From the IMG/VR virus record IMGVR_UViG_3300042901_000352: a stretch of DNA of 64,000 bases; one strand, 5' to 3'. The notes beneath the pieces are model-generated. The model made no database searches, had not been told where the DNA came from, and was given only the letters and a program-made list of their open reading frames with translations. This document shows, in pieces, positions 37,848-47,993 of the stretch (the first letter of the stretch is position 1; each line of letters opens with the position of its first letter). The DNA is from an uncultured virus (IMG/VR IMGVR_UViG_3300042901_000352) (taxonomy: Duplodnaviria; Heunggongvirae; Uroviricota; Caudoviricetes). The position numbers were made by a program, and so were the translations under genes.

Positions 37848-38263
37848 GATATTACCTCAAGTTTTTTAGTTTCATATTCTTCAAATGTTGCTGATACTAA
37901 TTGTTCTTCAATATCAGGAACTTCTTTTTTGTCCGTTTTATGAACAGTTATAAATGTTACGTCAGTTACTGCATATCCTATTCGCTTAATGCCAGGATTA
38001 TCAATCATTATTGCTGGTGCGGTTATTTCATAAGCATCATCGCCATTAGCAATCTTAATAGTTCCTTGCGCTAAGATTGCTATACTTTCAAAATTGTGTA
38101 TCTTTCCAGTCAATACGGTATCAGCAGGAATAAATAGTGAGCGAACATATACGCCATCAATGTGATAATGGCTAACAGGCATTTCAACTTGCTCACAAGA
38201 TAATATAAGCTTTTCAATTTCAATTATCTCTGGCATGTTGCCGTTAAAAACTAAATTACTCAT
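37844..38263 (-). CDS. Cupin-like conserved phage protein
   Basis: GVYVRSLFIPA..LTGKIH, PGIKR, ITVH. Confidence 0.6.
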   Translation of the reverse strand: MSNLVFNGNMPEIIEIEKLILSCEQVEMPVSHYHIDGVYVRSLFIPADTVLTGKIHNFESIAILAQGTIKIANGDDAYEITAPAIMIDNPGIKRIGYAVTDVTFITVHKTDKKEVPDIEEQLVSATFEEYETKKLEVIS

Positions 38264-38264
38264 T

Positions 38265-39644
38265 TTATCCTTTAAACATACTTAACAAACCAGTTGCTCC
38301 AGATAAACCACCTAATATATTTCCCATTGTACTGCTACTTCCACCGCCTCCAGTATTTGTTGCTGTTGATGATCCACCAAGTCCTGAAGCGCCTCCATAA
38401 ACACCTTGTTGAATATTTAACATATCTAAGTACCGTTGCATTTGTGTTTTCTCAGCATCAGTTTGAGCGCCATACAAAGCATCTTGAGCTGAAGTAACAT
38501 CTGCATAGGTTGCTTTTCCAGTGTTGTAAGCTTGTAGTGCATTGTTAAGATTGTTTTGCGCTTGCTCCATGCTCATTGATCTATTTTTTAGCCCTAAATC
38601 AGCGTTATATTGAGCATTTTGCAGTGAGTTAGTAGCATTAAACTGTCCCATGTTATTTAACGCTTGCATATTAGCTAAATTAACAGCTTGTTGATTATCA
38701 GCATTAAACTGTCTCATATTATTTAATGCTCCAGCATTAAATTTACTAATATCATTTAATGATGAAGCATTAAATTGCTCATTTTGTGCAGCCTGAGCAT
38801 TAAGATCGCCTGCTGCTGCCGCCATTCTTTGTTGAGCATTTTCAAAAGCACCGCCATAAAGTTGTGCGCCAGTATCCATTGCTCTTTGTCCTAAATCCCT
38901 AGCGTTAATTCCTAACTGCTGACCTAGTATTCCTTCAGCAATTCCTTGTCTTGATCCGCCATATTGGCCAGATGCAAAAGCATCTTGTTTAATCTGTGGC
39001 AATAAAGTCTGATTAGCATTTTGTAGAGCGTCATTATATCCTTGCATAGCTTGATTAATGCTTGCTTGATTCATCTGTGCTAAATAAGGATTAGTTGTTG
39101 GATCACCTTTTAATATTTGTGATAAAGAACTTGTAGGATCAAGAACGCCTTGTGCTGATCTTGCATTTATTAAGTCACTTAATGTAGCTTCTGCTTGTGC
39201 TGCTTCTGCTTGTGCTGCTTCTGCTTTTGCTGCATCTATATTTGAATAATCAGTATTTCCAACATCACTAAAATTAGTATTATATCTTCCGCTGGTTAAA
39301 TCATTTTGTAAGTTTGAACCCAAACCTTGCATATTTTCAATCCCAACATCACGTCCACCTAATGTAGTTTGATAATCGCTTAATAGTTGTTGTTCTTGTG
39401 GACTAAGATTTTTATATTGATTTGCAAAATTAGATGTTTGTTGTAACAATCCTAATGGTCCATTTGCATTTTTATTTAATTTATATAGCCCAGTTTTTGG
39501 ATCATAAGTTCCTTTATTCCAGAAACTTTTAGTTGGACCCCACGGAGCAGTATTTGTAGTTGTTGTAGATGGAGAAGAACCTCCACCTCCTCCGCTAAAA
39601 TTAAAAGTAATTGGATTTAAAAGTCTATTTAATATTTGTTTCAT
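38265..39644 (-). CDS. DNA pilot/ejection protein
   Basis: GGGG-TTTT leader, NPYL, GQYGGSRQGIAE, QFNA repeats. Confidence 0.65.
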   Translation of the reverse strand: MKQILNRLLNPITFNFSGGGGGSSPSTTTTNTAPWGPTKSFWNKGTYDPKTGLYKLNKNANGPLGLLQQTSNFANQYKNLSPQEQQLLSDYQTTLGGRDVGIENMQGLGSNLQNDLTSGRYNTNFSDVGNTDYSNIDAAKAEAAQAEAAQAEATLSDLINARSAQGVLDPTSSLSQILKGDPTTNPYLAQMNQASINQAMQGYNDALQNANQTLLPQIKQDAFASGQYGGSRQGIAEGILGQQLGINARDLGQRAMDTGAQLYGGAFENAQQRMAAAAGDLNAQAAQNEQFNASSLNDISKFNAGALNNMRQFNADNQQAVNLANMQALNNMGQFNATNSLQNAQYNADLGLKNRSMSMEQAQNNLNNALQAYNTGKATYADVTSAQDALYGAQTDAEKTQMQRYLDMLNIQQGVYGGASGLGGSSTATNTGGGGSSSTMGNILGGLSGATGLLSMFKG

Positions 39645-40087
39645 GATAGATGTTCCTTTTTATAATCGTCAAATCTTTCAAAAAAAACCTCTTTCCACAT
39701 AAGTGGAACAAGCTCTTTTGACTTTTCAATGCCAACACATTGAATAATTGCATAAGCAATAATATGTCCAGCTGCATAACGTAAAGAATGGCTTATTTCA
39801 ATTCCATGCTCATCTTTTTCTTTTTCAAACTTATTTGCAGTTACATAAGCAGACATAACAACTTCAAGCATTGGTGAGATAGCTGGAAATATATGGTTGT
39901 ACAGTGGATTCGTTGGCAACCCAATTAAGCATATTCTAAATGCTTCATTAATTTGATCTTCACTAACTTCAACATCTTTATCAACTAAATCGTCCCATGT
40001 ATGCAGTAATGTTCTAAACATTTCAAAGATATCTTCTCCATGTTTATTACCTCCAAATAAATCTATTATTTTCATATTAGTTAGCAC
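39641..40087 (-). CDS. Conserved helical phage protein with DDxxD motif
   Basis: HTWDDLVDKD, LPTNPLY. Confidence 0.6.
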   Translation of the reverse strand: MLTNMKIIDLFGGNKHGEDIFEMFRTLLHTWDDLVDKDVEVSEDQINEAFRICLIGLPTNPLYNHIFPAISPMLEVVMSAYVTANKFEKEKDEHGIEISHSLRYAAGHIIAYAIIQCVGIEKSKELVPLMWKEVFFERFDDYKKEHLS

Positions 40088-40532
40088 ACATTATAACCCA
40101 GTTAGTCCCATCACTTACCAATGTTGCACATTTACCAGCTGTAGCTGCAAGTATAGCCGTTCCAGCAGTTGCAGAAGCTATAGGAACAACATTAGAAGAT
40201 GCAGAAATAACAGTGAAAGCAGCTATTGTTTTTATTATTATTTCACGTCCCGTGTAAGATGATGCAGTTGGAAGTGTAACTGTTACTGAAGCTGCGCCAT
40301 TAACAATAATATGGTTTTCAGTTGCACCCAAAGTAAATGCAGTTGTCTTTGTAACAGGTGCGCCACGACCAAACCCATTAACAATCTTAATTGTTGAATC
40401 TGTATTGAAAGCGCTAACTAATTGTGTTGGTGTAACTTTTGTAGTAATACCGCCAGAAACTAATGGCAACAAATCAGATGATGGAACAACTGTGGTTACG
40501 ACTGGTAAATTACTTATTGATACTGAAGCCAT
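40077..40532 (-). CDS. Tail fibre-like protein
   Basis: ISNLP N-terminus; VTLPTA, LVSDGTNW. Confidence 0.6.
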   Translation of the reverse strand: MASVSISNLPVVTTVVPSSDLLPLVSGGITTKVTPTQLVSAFNTDSTIKIVNGFGRGAPVTKTTAFTLGATENHIIVNGAASVTVTLPTASSYTGREIIIKTIAAFTVISASSNVVPIASATAGTAILAATAGKCATLVSDGTNWVIMCAN

Positions 40533-40542
40533 TTTATATCCT

Positions 40543-41163
40543 TTAAATTAAAACTGCTGTAACTATAACACTTGGTGTTACAGGTATTGCTAATGGTGGA
40601 GGTGATTCAGCAGGGAACGTTTCTAACATAATATTAGTATCATCTGCGTGCCATGCTAATTGTATATAATCACCAGATTTTAATGTAATAATAAAATTCA
40701 ATGCTGCAATCATTGCTCCATGATTACCACCATGAGACGATGTTATCGAGTATTTACTATTTGATGCTGGAATATCAACGCCGTTCTTTCTAAACCATAT
40801 GTCTGCATCATTTATCTGAACAGAACCATTTGAGAACTGTATACTAAACTGTATGTTGTATGTGCCAGCATTGGCAAATGTTATTTTAGAGCCATCAACA
40901 ATAGAAACACCATTTGATGAATCTGTTGATCCTATTTTAACAACATATGTATCATTAACGCTTGTTATTGTTTGGTTGGTTGTGTCATAAAAAGAACCAT
41001 AGTACGTTAATGATGAACTCTTGGAGTTATCATATAACAGTTGAAGCGCTGCCTGAATTTGTATAAATTCCTGCTCTAAATAACGTTTTAAATCAATAAT
41101 TTCATTAGGAACTGGAGCTGGTGCGTATTCTAATGAGGTTGATCCACTTATTAATGTTGTCAT
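40543..41163 (-). CDS. Virion protein with C1q/TNF-like beta-sandwich region
   Basis: YGSFYD, GTYNIQFSIQ, IWFRKNG, GDYIQL. Confidence 0.6.
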   Translation of the reverse strand: MTTLISGSTSLEYAPAPVPNEIIDLKRYLEQEFIQIQAALQLLYDNSKSSSLTYYGSFYDTTNQTITSVNDTYVVKIGSTDSSNGVSIVDGSKITFANAGTYNIQFSIQFSNGSVQINDADIWFRKNGVDIPASNSKYSITSSHGGNHGAMIAALNFIITLKSGDYIQLAWHADDTNIMLETFPAESPPPLAIPVTPSVIVTAVLI

Positions 41164-41312
41164 TATTTAAGAGATTTTAATAAGCCAAGTTTCTTATCTT
41201 CTGTTATAAATTCATTAGCAACCGACATAGGTATATCAACCTTTTTTGCAAACTTTTTATTATGTGCAACTGCAAGCATAAGTTTTTGTTGTTTCTTTGA
41301 TTTTGTTGGCAT
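41163..41312 (-). CDS. Small basic conserved phage protein (49 aa)
   Basis: Hand translation MPTKSKKQQKLMLAVAHNKKFAKKVDIPMSVANEF.. Confidence 0.7.
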   Translation of the reverse strand: MPTKSKKQQKLMLAVAHNKKFAKKVDIPMSVANEFITEDKKLGLLKSLK

Positions 41313-41376
41313 TATCTTATTTCTCCAATGTTTCGTAAATAATCTTGAACAGTACCACCTTCATTAACACATGCCA

Positions 41377-43008
41377 TCACCAACCCCCAGTTTGATCTAC
41401 TTCAATATCAAAAGAATCTAAACGCCATTGATATGCAGTACCAGTTAAGAATTTAATAGAAATGTATCTACCAGACACTAAACAATCATTAGCAATTGTA
41501 GTTCCTATTGTATGCGTCATAGTATCCGAATAGGTAGGATTTCCCCACGGATCATCTTGAGAACCTACCTGTATAAGCACTGTGTCGCCTGTATTGCCTG
41601 TTATTCTTGGTCTAATACCTTTTATCAACTTTATGTTTTCAGGCATCTCAAACGATAATCCTCTACGTTCTAAGTATGCTTGTGGAAGCACACCATCAAA
41701 CGATGCTGAAGCATCAAGCATATATAGTTTAACATCAGAACTTCCAGCAATAACCCTAGCATTACTTGGAACAAAGTCTGGACCGTTCCACAATGTTAAG
41801 TCAGAAGCCCACGGCTGAGAATCTTGCGCCCAATTGCCTGTTAATCCATTATCAACAGGACCATATCCTGCATGGTTAATATTAGGCATTTGACGAGTTG
41901 ATACAGTTTTATCTTTGTAATTATATACAAGTGATGTGTCACAAGATGTTGCTCCTATGGATGGGAAGCATACATATACTTCATTAAAGAATGGGTTGGT
42001 AAATACAAAACATTTACTTACATTATCAACATCTATGTTTTGAAATAACCAACGCCTTGTTGCCTTATCAAGTACAGATTGTGCTGTGCTTCCGTCATGA
42101 ATAATAACGTCATTATTGGTTAATACAACATGGAAACCATCAATATCAGTAACACAGTTACGGTTCATGATTCCTGATTTATTAAACACCTTTGATGATT
42201 TGAATATGTAATTACCACCAACATAGTCCAATCTCCATGTACTGTTCTCTTTATACACAATAAATGAGTCACGCAACTGCATACCATCAATAACAACGTC
42301 ATAACCTTCAGCAAGGTCAAACTCACCTGATAGGTTAGTTGGATCAGTTTCGTCCCATGTTGATGGTAATCCACCAGGATCTGCTGGTTGTGACCACTTC
42401 ACCATATATGGATAAGTAGCTGTTGATTTGGTGACATTTAAAGCAATTAAAAAGTTTTTATAAGCCCTAATTGACTTGCAATACATATTGCTATGCCAGT
42501 TTGGTAAACTTATAAACTTTGATGTATTACTAAGATTCCACGCCATCGGTGGAAAGTTACTATCTGCTGCATTAATGACTGGAACGCCTGACAACAAAGC
42601 AGATGTCCAACTCATTGGATTTCCAACACCACCGTTAATTAATGTTTCACCGCTTTCAGCAGTAAGTGTTAATCCAGATTCTGTAACAAGGTCAAGATAA
42701 TAACCATTCCATAATGGATTGGTAATATCTGTATGCTGTGAGCCTGTTGGTGTATTAGTAACTGAAAATTGTTTGTAGTTAGATAAATAAACCCAATAAC
42801 GATTTCCTTGAACATTACAAGGCAATACATGAAGTGGCGCATAAGAAGGCGTATTATAGACTTCACCATGCCCTAAATACTGCAAAGCATAGCCATCTAA
42901 AAACCTAATATTCTTTGCGTCACTCCATGCGTTAATTGGCATTTCAGACTGTGATAGGTCACGATTAAGACCTATCTGTCCAGTTCCTTTTACCTTAACC
43001 AGTGGCAT
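41377..43008 (-). CDS. Tail nozzle / packaged-DNA stabilisation protein
   Basis: 543 aa beta-rich, NIRF, VKWS, GRYISIKF; podovirus position. Confidence 0.7.
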   Translation of the reverse strand: MPLVKVKGTGQIGLNRDLSQSEMPINAWSDAKNIRFLDGYALQYLGHGEVYNTPSYAPLHVLPCNVQGNRYWVYLSNYKQFSVTNTPTGSQHTDITNPLWNGYYLDLVTESGLTLTAESGETLINGGVGNPMSWTSALLSGVPVINAADSNFPPMAWNLSNTSKFISLPNWHSNMYCKSIRAYKNFLIALNVTKSTATYPYMVKWSQPADPGGLPSTWDETDPTNLSGEFDLAEGYDVVIDGMQLRDSFIVYKENSTWRLDYVGGNYIFKSSKVFNKSGIMNRNCVTDIDGFHVVLTNNDVIIHDGSTAQSVLDKATRRWLFQNIDVDNVSKCFVFTNPFFNEVYVCFPSIGATSCDTSLVYNYKDKTVSTRQMPNINHAGYGPVDNGLTGNWAQDSQPWASDLTLWNGPDFVPSNARVIAGSSDVKLYMLDASASFDGVLPQAYLERRGLSFEMPENIKLIKGIRPRITGNTGDTVLIQVGSQDDPWGNPTYSDTMTHTIGTTIANDCLVSGRYISIKFLTGTAYQWRLDSFDIEVDQTGGW

Positions 43009-43476
43009 TTATATAGCCTTACCTGTCAATATTTGAGCTTTACGACCTGCCGCCAAATAAGGTGCAGGAGGTGTTAAAGCTGGATCAACATTAGTTGCTG
43101 ATAAATAATCAAGAGTTTGACTCATAGAATCAAGTGCAAGATTAACTTCAGTCACTCTAATATCTTGAAAACGAGTCCAAAACACTTTTACTATAGGATC
43201 AGTTGAGTTTTGAATGTACGCTTGTTCCTGTGGATAAAATAGCATCATAAACTGCACTGCTGTTACTATCGGAGGCACAGGCACAGGTGTTGGAGGCACA
43301 GGAGGAGGTGGAGGCGCACTCCACTTCTTAGTTGTTTCATTGTACAACCATCCGTTTTCAACATCTGCTGGCACAACAATAAATTCAGCGGCAACTGTTG
43401 GATAGTAAATAGTGGTTGGATCAGTAGTTGTTACATCAACAGCTACGTCATTAACATTTCTTGCATAATTTGTCAT
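43009..43476 (-). CDS. Tail fibre assembly-like protein
   Basis: VENGWLY, Pro run, FMMLFYPQE; follows fibre gene. Confidence 0.55.
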   Translation of the reverse strand: MTNYARNVNDVAVDVTTTDPTTIYYPTVAAEFIVVPADVENGWLYNETTKKWSAPPPPPVPPTPVPVPPIVTAVQFMMLFYPQEQAYIQNSTDPIVKVFWTRFQDIRVTEVNLALDSMSQTLDYLSATNVDPALTPPAPYLAAGRKAQILTGKAI

Positions 43477-43477
43477 T

Positions 43478-44500
43478 TTAGTAACCTTCTGTCCAATACA
43501 ATATTACTGCGCCTGTTCCACCAGAGCCTGCTTGAGTAGTAGTATTACCACCACCACCACCACCACCAAAGCCACCATCTCCTCCAGTGCTAGCAGCACC
43601 TCCACCACCACCAAAACCACCATTACCCGCAGTAGCTCCTCCACCGCCAAAACCACCACTGCCACCACTACTACTGCCAGTACCACCCCCACCTCCGCCT
43701 GTTGCGCCTACACCGCCAAAACTGCTGCCATAACCACCGCCACCGCCAAATGTTTTGGTAATTAATTGTAAAAATGGAGAGCTTAAATTGTTGCTTGTAG
43801 CTGCTGTTGTTGAAGTTCCTCCTTGTCCATTTAGCCCTGCGCCTCCATTAGAACCAGAACTAGCTGTTCCTCCTCCCACCGTACTACCAGTTGTACCAAC
43901 AATTGATCCTGCAAACCCAACGCCAGCGCCACCACTATAGTATCCTGTTGCTGTTAATCCACAGTTACCTCCTCCTAATCCACCACCACCCGCATTACCA
44001 CCTGTTGACGAACCACCATAACCACCAACACCATAAAAAGAGCCAGCCGCACCACCACCTCCTTTTCCTGCTGTTGTAGCTGTGCCACCAACACCGCCAG
44101 AAGCTGTCATAAACCCACGTAATAACGGTGAGCCAGAACCAGAACCACCTGCTCCGCCTGTTCCTGCACTTCCGCTTGTACCGCCTGTTGCAGATAACAA
44201 TGTACCAAATGATGAAGTACCTGCTGATGCACCTATTGTAATGGTTGGTAATAATTGACCTGGTATTACATCGACAATACCAAATGCAAAACCACCGCCA
44301 CCACCGCCACCAGCAAGTGTGCTATTACCAGCACCATTGCCACCACCGCCAAAAACAGCTACGCCTATTTGAAACACATTTTGTGGGACAGTTTCGGTTG
44401 ATGTAGTTGTAGTGATTAATTTATATTGCCTCCATTCAGCAGGAGCAACACGAACAAAACCATTAGGCGGTAAAGGATAGCCATACGAACCTTTATTCAT
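43478..44500 (-). CDS. Glycine-rich tail fibre protein
   Basis: GGGG.G repeats, GTSSFG, G.GGTGAVILYW. Confidence 0.75.
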   Translation of the reverse strand: MNKGSYGYPLPPNGFVRVAPAEWRQYKLITTTTSTETVPQNVFQIGVAVFGGGGNGAGNSTLAGGGGGGGFAFGIVDVIPGQLLPTITIGASAGTSSFGTLLSATGGTSGSAGTGGAGGSGSGSPLLRGFMTASGGVGGTATTAGKGGGGAAGSFYGVGGYGGSSTGGNAGGGGLGGGNCGLTATGYYSGGAGVGFAGSIVGTTGSTVGGGTASSGSNGGAGLNGQGGTSTTAATSNNLSSPFLQLITKTFGGGGGYGSSFGGVGATGGGGGGTGSSSGGSGGFGGGGATAGNGGFGGGGGAASTGGDGGFGGGGGGGNTTTQAGSGGTGAVILYWTEGY

Positions 44501-44901
44501 TAGAAGTTACCTCCATAAGCAATAACTTTTACGCCAGTTTGAGCAATAGTGGTTGTTGCTCTTAATGAATAACCAGTCGGTATAATCATCGGCATAACAT
44601 TTGGCGAATTGTTAGTTGATGTTATTGCGTTAAATGCAACAGCAGTTGTGCTTGATGTGACAGCATTAATTGGTATTTGTTGACACAAATGATAGGTTGT
44701 TCCATCGTAAATAAATAAATTAACAATACCTGCCACTGTGTTTGCTACACCTTGAATATCAATAAAATCAATACGAGTGCCATTCGAACCAGCCGTTAAA
44801 ACTGTTCCGACTGTTGTAGGAGCAGTCAATGAAGTATCTGCGGTTGTTAGTAGTGCCGCTCCAAATACGGGAGTTGAGGCATATTGTGCTGTAGTTGACA
44901 T
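44500..44901 (-). CDS. Putative structural protein
   Basis: TAGSNGTRID, IPTGYSLRA. Confidence 0.6.
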   Translation of the reverse strand: MSTTAQYASTPVFGAALLTTADTSLTAPTTVGTVLTAGSNGTRIDFIDIQGVANTVAGIVNLFIYDGTTYHLCQQIPINAVTSSTTAVAFNAITSTNNSPNVMPMIIPTGYSLRATTTIAQTGVKVIAYGGNF

Positions 44902-44902
44902 A

Positions 44903-45739
44903 TTAAATTATCCCTTGAGCCATTAATAAATAAGATGGAATAACAAGCTCTGCCCAACTTGCATTAGTGCCATCAGTTGTGACAAACTTTCCTGCGTTTC
45001 CTGCTTGTGCGGGTAGTGCTGCGTTAAATGCTGTTGCAGTAACAAAAGCGCAGGTTGCTATTTGATTCGTACTTGTACCAGTTGATGCAGTTGTCGACGT
45101 TGGTGTTCCAGTTAATGCAGGAGAAGCTAAAGGAGCTAATAAGTCTGCTGTATTTTTTACAAATTCTGTTGTTGCAAGGTTTGTTGTATTATCACCAACA
45201 GTTCTTGTTAAACCAACAGCTTCATTTAATGTTGTTTTACCAGTTACACCAAGCGTACCTGTCACCAACTCATTACCATCAACAGTAAAGTTACCTGTTA
45301 ACTTTTGATTACCTGTCTTGCTTAAAAACTCCGATCCACCTAACGTAACAAAATTAGTTCCGTCGTACATTAACAACATTGGATAACCAGCTACAATGTC
45401 ACCAGCCGTAGGATCAGCACCAGCCATCGTTTTGATTGATTTAACACCTAAACCAGACACATTGACGGTTAATGCACCTGTATTGGTTACTGCTGCTTTA
45501 TATAGCAAGCACAACATAGGCGTGTAGCCAATTAGAGCAGTGCTAGGCGTTAATATGTGACCTGTTGCTGTACCTGTATCGGTTGCAGTCACTAAAATAG
45601 CGCCAGTAAAGCCATTAAGCGTTTCTTTTAATACTGTCTTAAGTAGTCTTAAATGATCGTCGCCTTGACTCTTTGGATCAGATGACGTTGGATTTGTAAT
45701 AGCCAAGTCATTAATATAATTTCCGCTTTCTAATGCCAT
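44903..45739 (-). CDS. Proximal tail fibre protein
   Basis: GDDHLRLLK, NTGALTVNV, APLASPALTGTPT..IATCAFV. Confidence 0.75.
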   Translation of the reverse strand: MALESGNYINDLAITNPTSSDPKSQGDDHLRLLKTVLKETLNGFTGAILVTATDTGTATGHILTPSTALIGYTPMLCLLYKAAVTNTGALTVNVSGLGVKSIKTMAGADPTAGDIVAGYPMLLMYDGTNFVTLGGSEFLSKTGNQKLTGNFTVDGNELVTGTLGVTGKTTLNEAVGLTRTVGDNTTNLATTEFVKNTADLLAPLASPALTGTPTSTTASTGTSTNQIATCAFVTATAFNAALPAQAGNAGKFVTTDGTNASWAELVIPSYLLMAQGII

Positions 45740-45742
45740 TTC

Positions 45743-46351
45743 TTACCCCTGTTTGGTAGCCATAGCTGCATCTTGATTCCAGTTTGCGATATTAGCTCGT
45801 TCTTTGTCTGCATTATACAATGATTCCATTGCTCCAACCATTTCTGCATCTCTAATAAACGTTGCTGCGTATATCAAACAGCAATGTAAATACATGTCAG
45901 GATAAGCAGTTAATAAATCATTAGTTGGATTGCTATCACTTAATGAAGGAACTGTGCAGTTATACTCTAAAACAATATCATAGTCACCATTAGGAATAGG
46001 TCCTAACTTTAGCTTAGTGTTTAATATACTATAACTTTGTGGAATATTGCTTGTGTAACTACCCCATCTATTTCTCAATAATTGCGCTGGCATTTTATCA
46101 AGAACATACATAACACTACCCATAGTAATAGTAGCATCAACCATGCTTCTAAAATCAGAAGGTAATGGAACTGTATCACTGCCAGAAACAGTTGTTATTG
46201 TTGTTGATTTTTGAAGTTGGTCAACATCTAATTCTAAAGACATTCTGCTTTCAGCCAGCGTTATAAAGTCTGGTATAACAGCAGATAAATCGTTGCGATG
46301 AATCCAGTTAGCTATTGAGCTTTTAAGTTCTGTAAAATTAGATAATGCCAT
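45743..46351 (-). CDS. Head-tail adaptor / tail tubular protein
   Basis: IPDFITLAE, LPSDF, TNDLLTAYPDMYL. Confidence 0.7.
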   Translation of the reverse strand: MALSNFTELKSSIANWIHRNDLSAVIPDFITLAESRMSLELDVDQLQKSTTITTVSGSDTVPLPSDFRSMVDATITMGSVMYVLDKMPAQLLRNRWGSYTSNIPQSYSILNTKLKLGPIPNGDYDIVLEYNCTVPSLSDSNPTNDLLTAYPDMYLHCCLIYAATFIRDAEMVGAMESLYNADKERANIANWNQDAAMATKQG

Positions 46352-46638
46352 TACACTTTACCTTTCCAGATTCTAAAACCTTCTAAACTTTTATCGTTTA
46401 AAAGAGTTTTTATATGTTCTTTATTACGCATAAACTCGGTGAACGTTATCCCAGTCCTATTGATATAAGACTCAATAATCACCATAGGAATAGTTGCAGC
46501 GTGTTTCATCTCATGACTGCCAGTATTTCCTTGCTCAACACTTTCTTTTACATTATCAAGAATCTGAGTAGTATCTTGAAAAGATTGAACAATTACTTTG
46601 TCATCTTGATTAACAAAACGAGTTTGCATTTCCATCAA
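46351..46638 (-). CDS. Conserved hypothetical protein
   Basis: HAATIP, FRIWKGKV. Confidence 0.65.
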   Translation of the reverse strand: MMEMQTRFVNQDDKVIVQSFQDTTQILDNVKESVEQGNTGSHEMKHAATIPMVIIESYINRTGITFTEFMRNKEHIKTLLNDKSLEGFRIWKGKV

Positions 46639-46937
46639 ACATTATCCAACGGGATCACGTTTACTTTACCTGCTGCTGTATCTTGTATTGCTGCAACATG
46701 CGTATTACCACTAACAACAATATATAACTCTTCATTCGGCTGTAGAAGTATATCATTACCAGTTGCTGTAACTGATGAATCACCTATCTTTACAAACGCA
46801 TAAGCTGTTGATGCAATTCTTAAATAACTAGGTTTTTGAGCTGCTGCGTTAGTTGGTATTGTAATTCTTGTAGATGTTGCGCCAGTTGTAATTGTACTGC
46901 CAACTGCGCCAATCTGTAGTGCATCACTAAACGACAT
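46635..46937 (-). CDS. Small structural/decoration protein
   Basis: Beta-rich 100 aa after capsid gene. Confidence 0.55.
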   Translation of the reverse strand: MSFSDALQIGAVGSTITTGATSTRITIPTNAAAQKPSYLRIASTAYAFVKIGDSSVTATGNDILLQPNEELYIVVSGNTHVAAIQDTAAGKVNVIPLDNV

Positions 46938-46944
46938 AATATTT

Positions 46945-46980
46945 TTCCTTTAAAAGGCGAGTGGGATTTTACACCCACTC
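46945..46980 (-). terminator. Hairpin/terminator after major capsid gene
   Basis: GAGTGGG..CCCACTC inverted repeat at 46959-46980. Confidence 0.5.
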
Positions 46981-46990
46981 TATTTTAATC

Positions 46991-47974
46991 TTACAACAAG
47001 TCTTTTACTGCACCAGAAGCTTTCTCTTGACGAGATTCTAATGTGTATTCAACTGTGATAAGTTTTTTATCAGCATCACCAGTTTTAGCTAAATCAACTG
47101 TTTCAAAAGGACGTAAAGTTGCCAATGCCCATTTATCAGTTTCCAAAATAAATGCAGTTCTTGCACGTTGGAATCTGTTTGGCATGATTTGTAAAGTACC
47201 AAAGTCACTTACATAAACATCAACAGCAGCTGTTACTGATTTGTCTTCTGACTTGTCGAAACGAGTAGAGCCACCAGTAAAGGTTGAGAATGTTTGTTTT
47301 TGACTTGGACCGACCATAATCATGTCGGGTTCGCCACCTTGCGCATAGATGCTTTGTAATACTGATTTTACTTGAGATTCCAAGAAAGCACGTTGAGTAC
47401 CGTCAGTTGGAGGCGCCCAAGAACCCATAGTATAAACAGGAGCAACACCAGAAGCACCTAAGTCTACGTTAGTTGCAATCCAACCTTCAAGACCACGCAA
47501 ATAACGAGCAGCAGATGTAGAACCTGCGCAAGTTGCAGTATTTGCAGCGTTAGAAACAGCTCCAGCAGTACCGTTAGCAGCCGAACACAATGCAGCTTCC
47601 ATATCTCTTTTAAGCTCAGAAGCTTTCATAGAGATTTGATAACCTAGTTCATTGTTACGACCAGCAGCCTTAACTGATTGGTTAGTACCTGAAATAACAA
47701 CGTTTTTAGTTGAGATTTGAGTGTAGTTACCTAAACGAGTTGTTGGTGTTACAGTGCCGAAAGTTGAAACGTCATCACCCTCGATTTGAGCATTAGAAGT
47801 TACCGCTGCTAAATCTTGAGTTTGCCATTCATGAAAAGTGTTAGTTGCTTTTACTTTAGGAATTGCCGACATAAATGGAGTTTTAGTCGGAGTGATTTGA
47901 TAAATCATATTTGTCAAATCTTCACGAATACCTTTAGCTTGAAAAGTCTGATATGTACCAGATACAATTGCCAT
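46991..47974 (-). CDS. Major capsid protein (phage B; DUF5309-like)
   Basis: REDL..I..I.PT.TPF, HEWQT, NYTQI, ELKRDME, YVSDFG, LAKTGD. Confidence 0.9.
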   Translation of the reverse strand: MAIVSGTYQTFQAKGIREDLTNMIYQITPTKTPFMSAIPKVKATNTFHEWQTQDLAAVTSNAQIEGDDVSTFGTVTPTTRLGNYTQISTKNVVISGTNQSVKAAGRNNELGYQISMKASELKRDMEAALCSAANGTAGAVSNAANTATCAGSTSAARYLRGLEGWIATNVDLGASGVAPVYTMGSWAPPTDGTQRAFLESQVKSVLQSIYAQGGEPDMIMVGPSQKQTFSTFTGGSTRFDKSEDKSVTAAVDVYVSDFGTLQIMPNRFQRARTAFILETDKWALATLRPFETVDLAKTGDADKKLITVEYTLESRQEKASGAVKDLL

Positions 47975-47993
47975 CTTAATTACCTACTATAAT

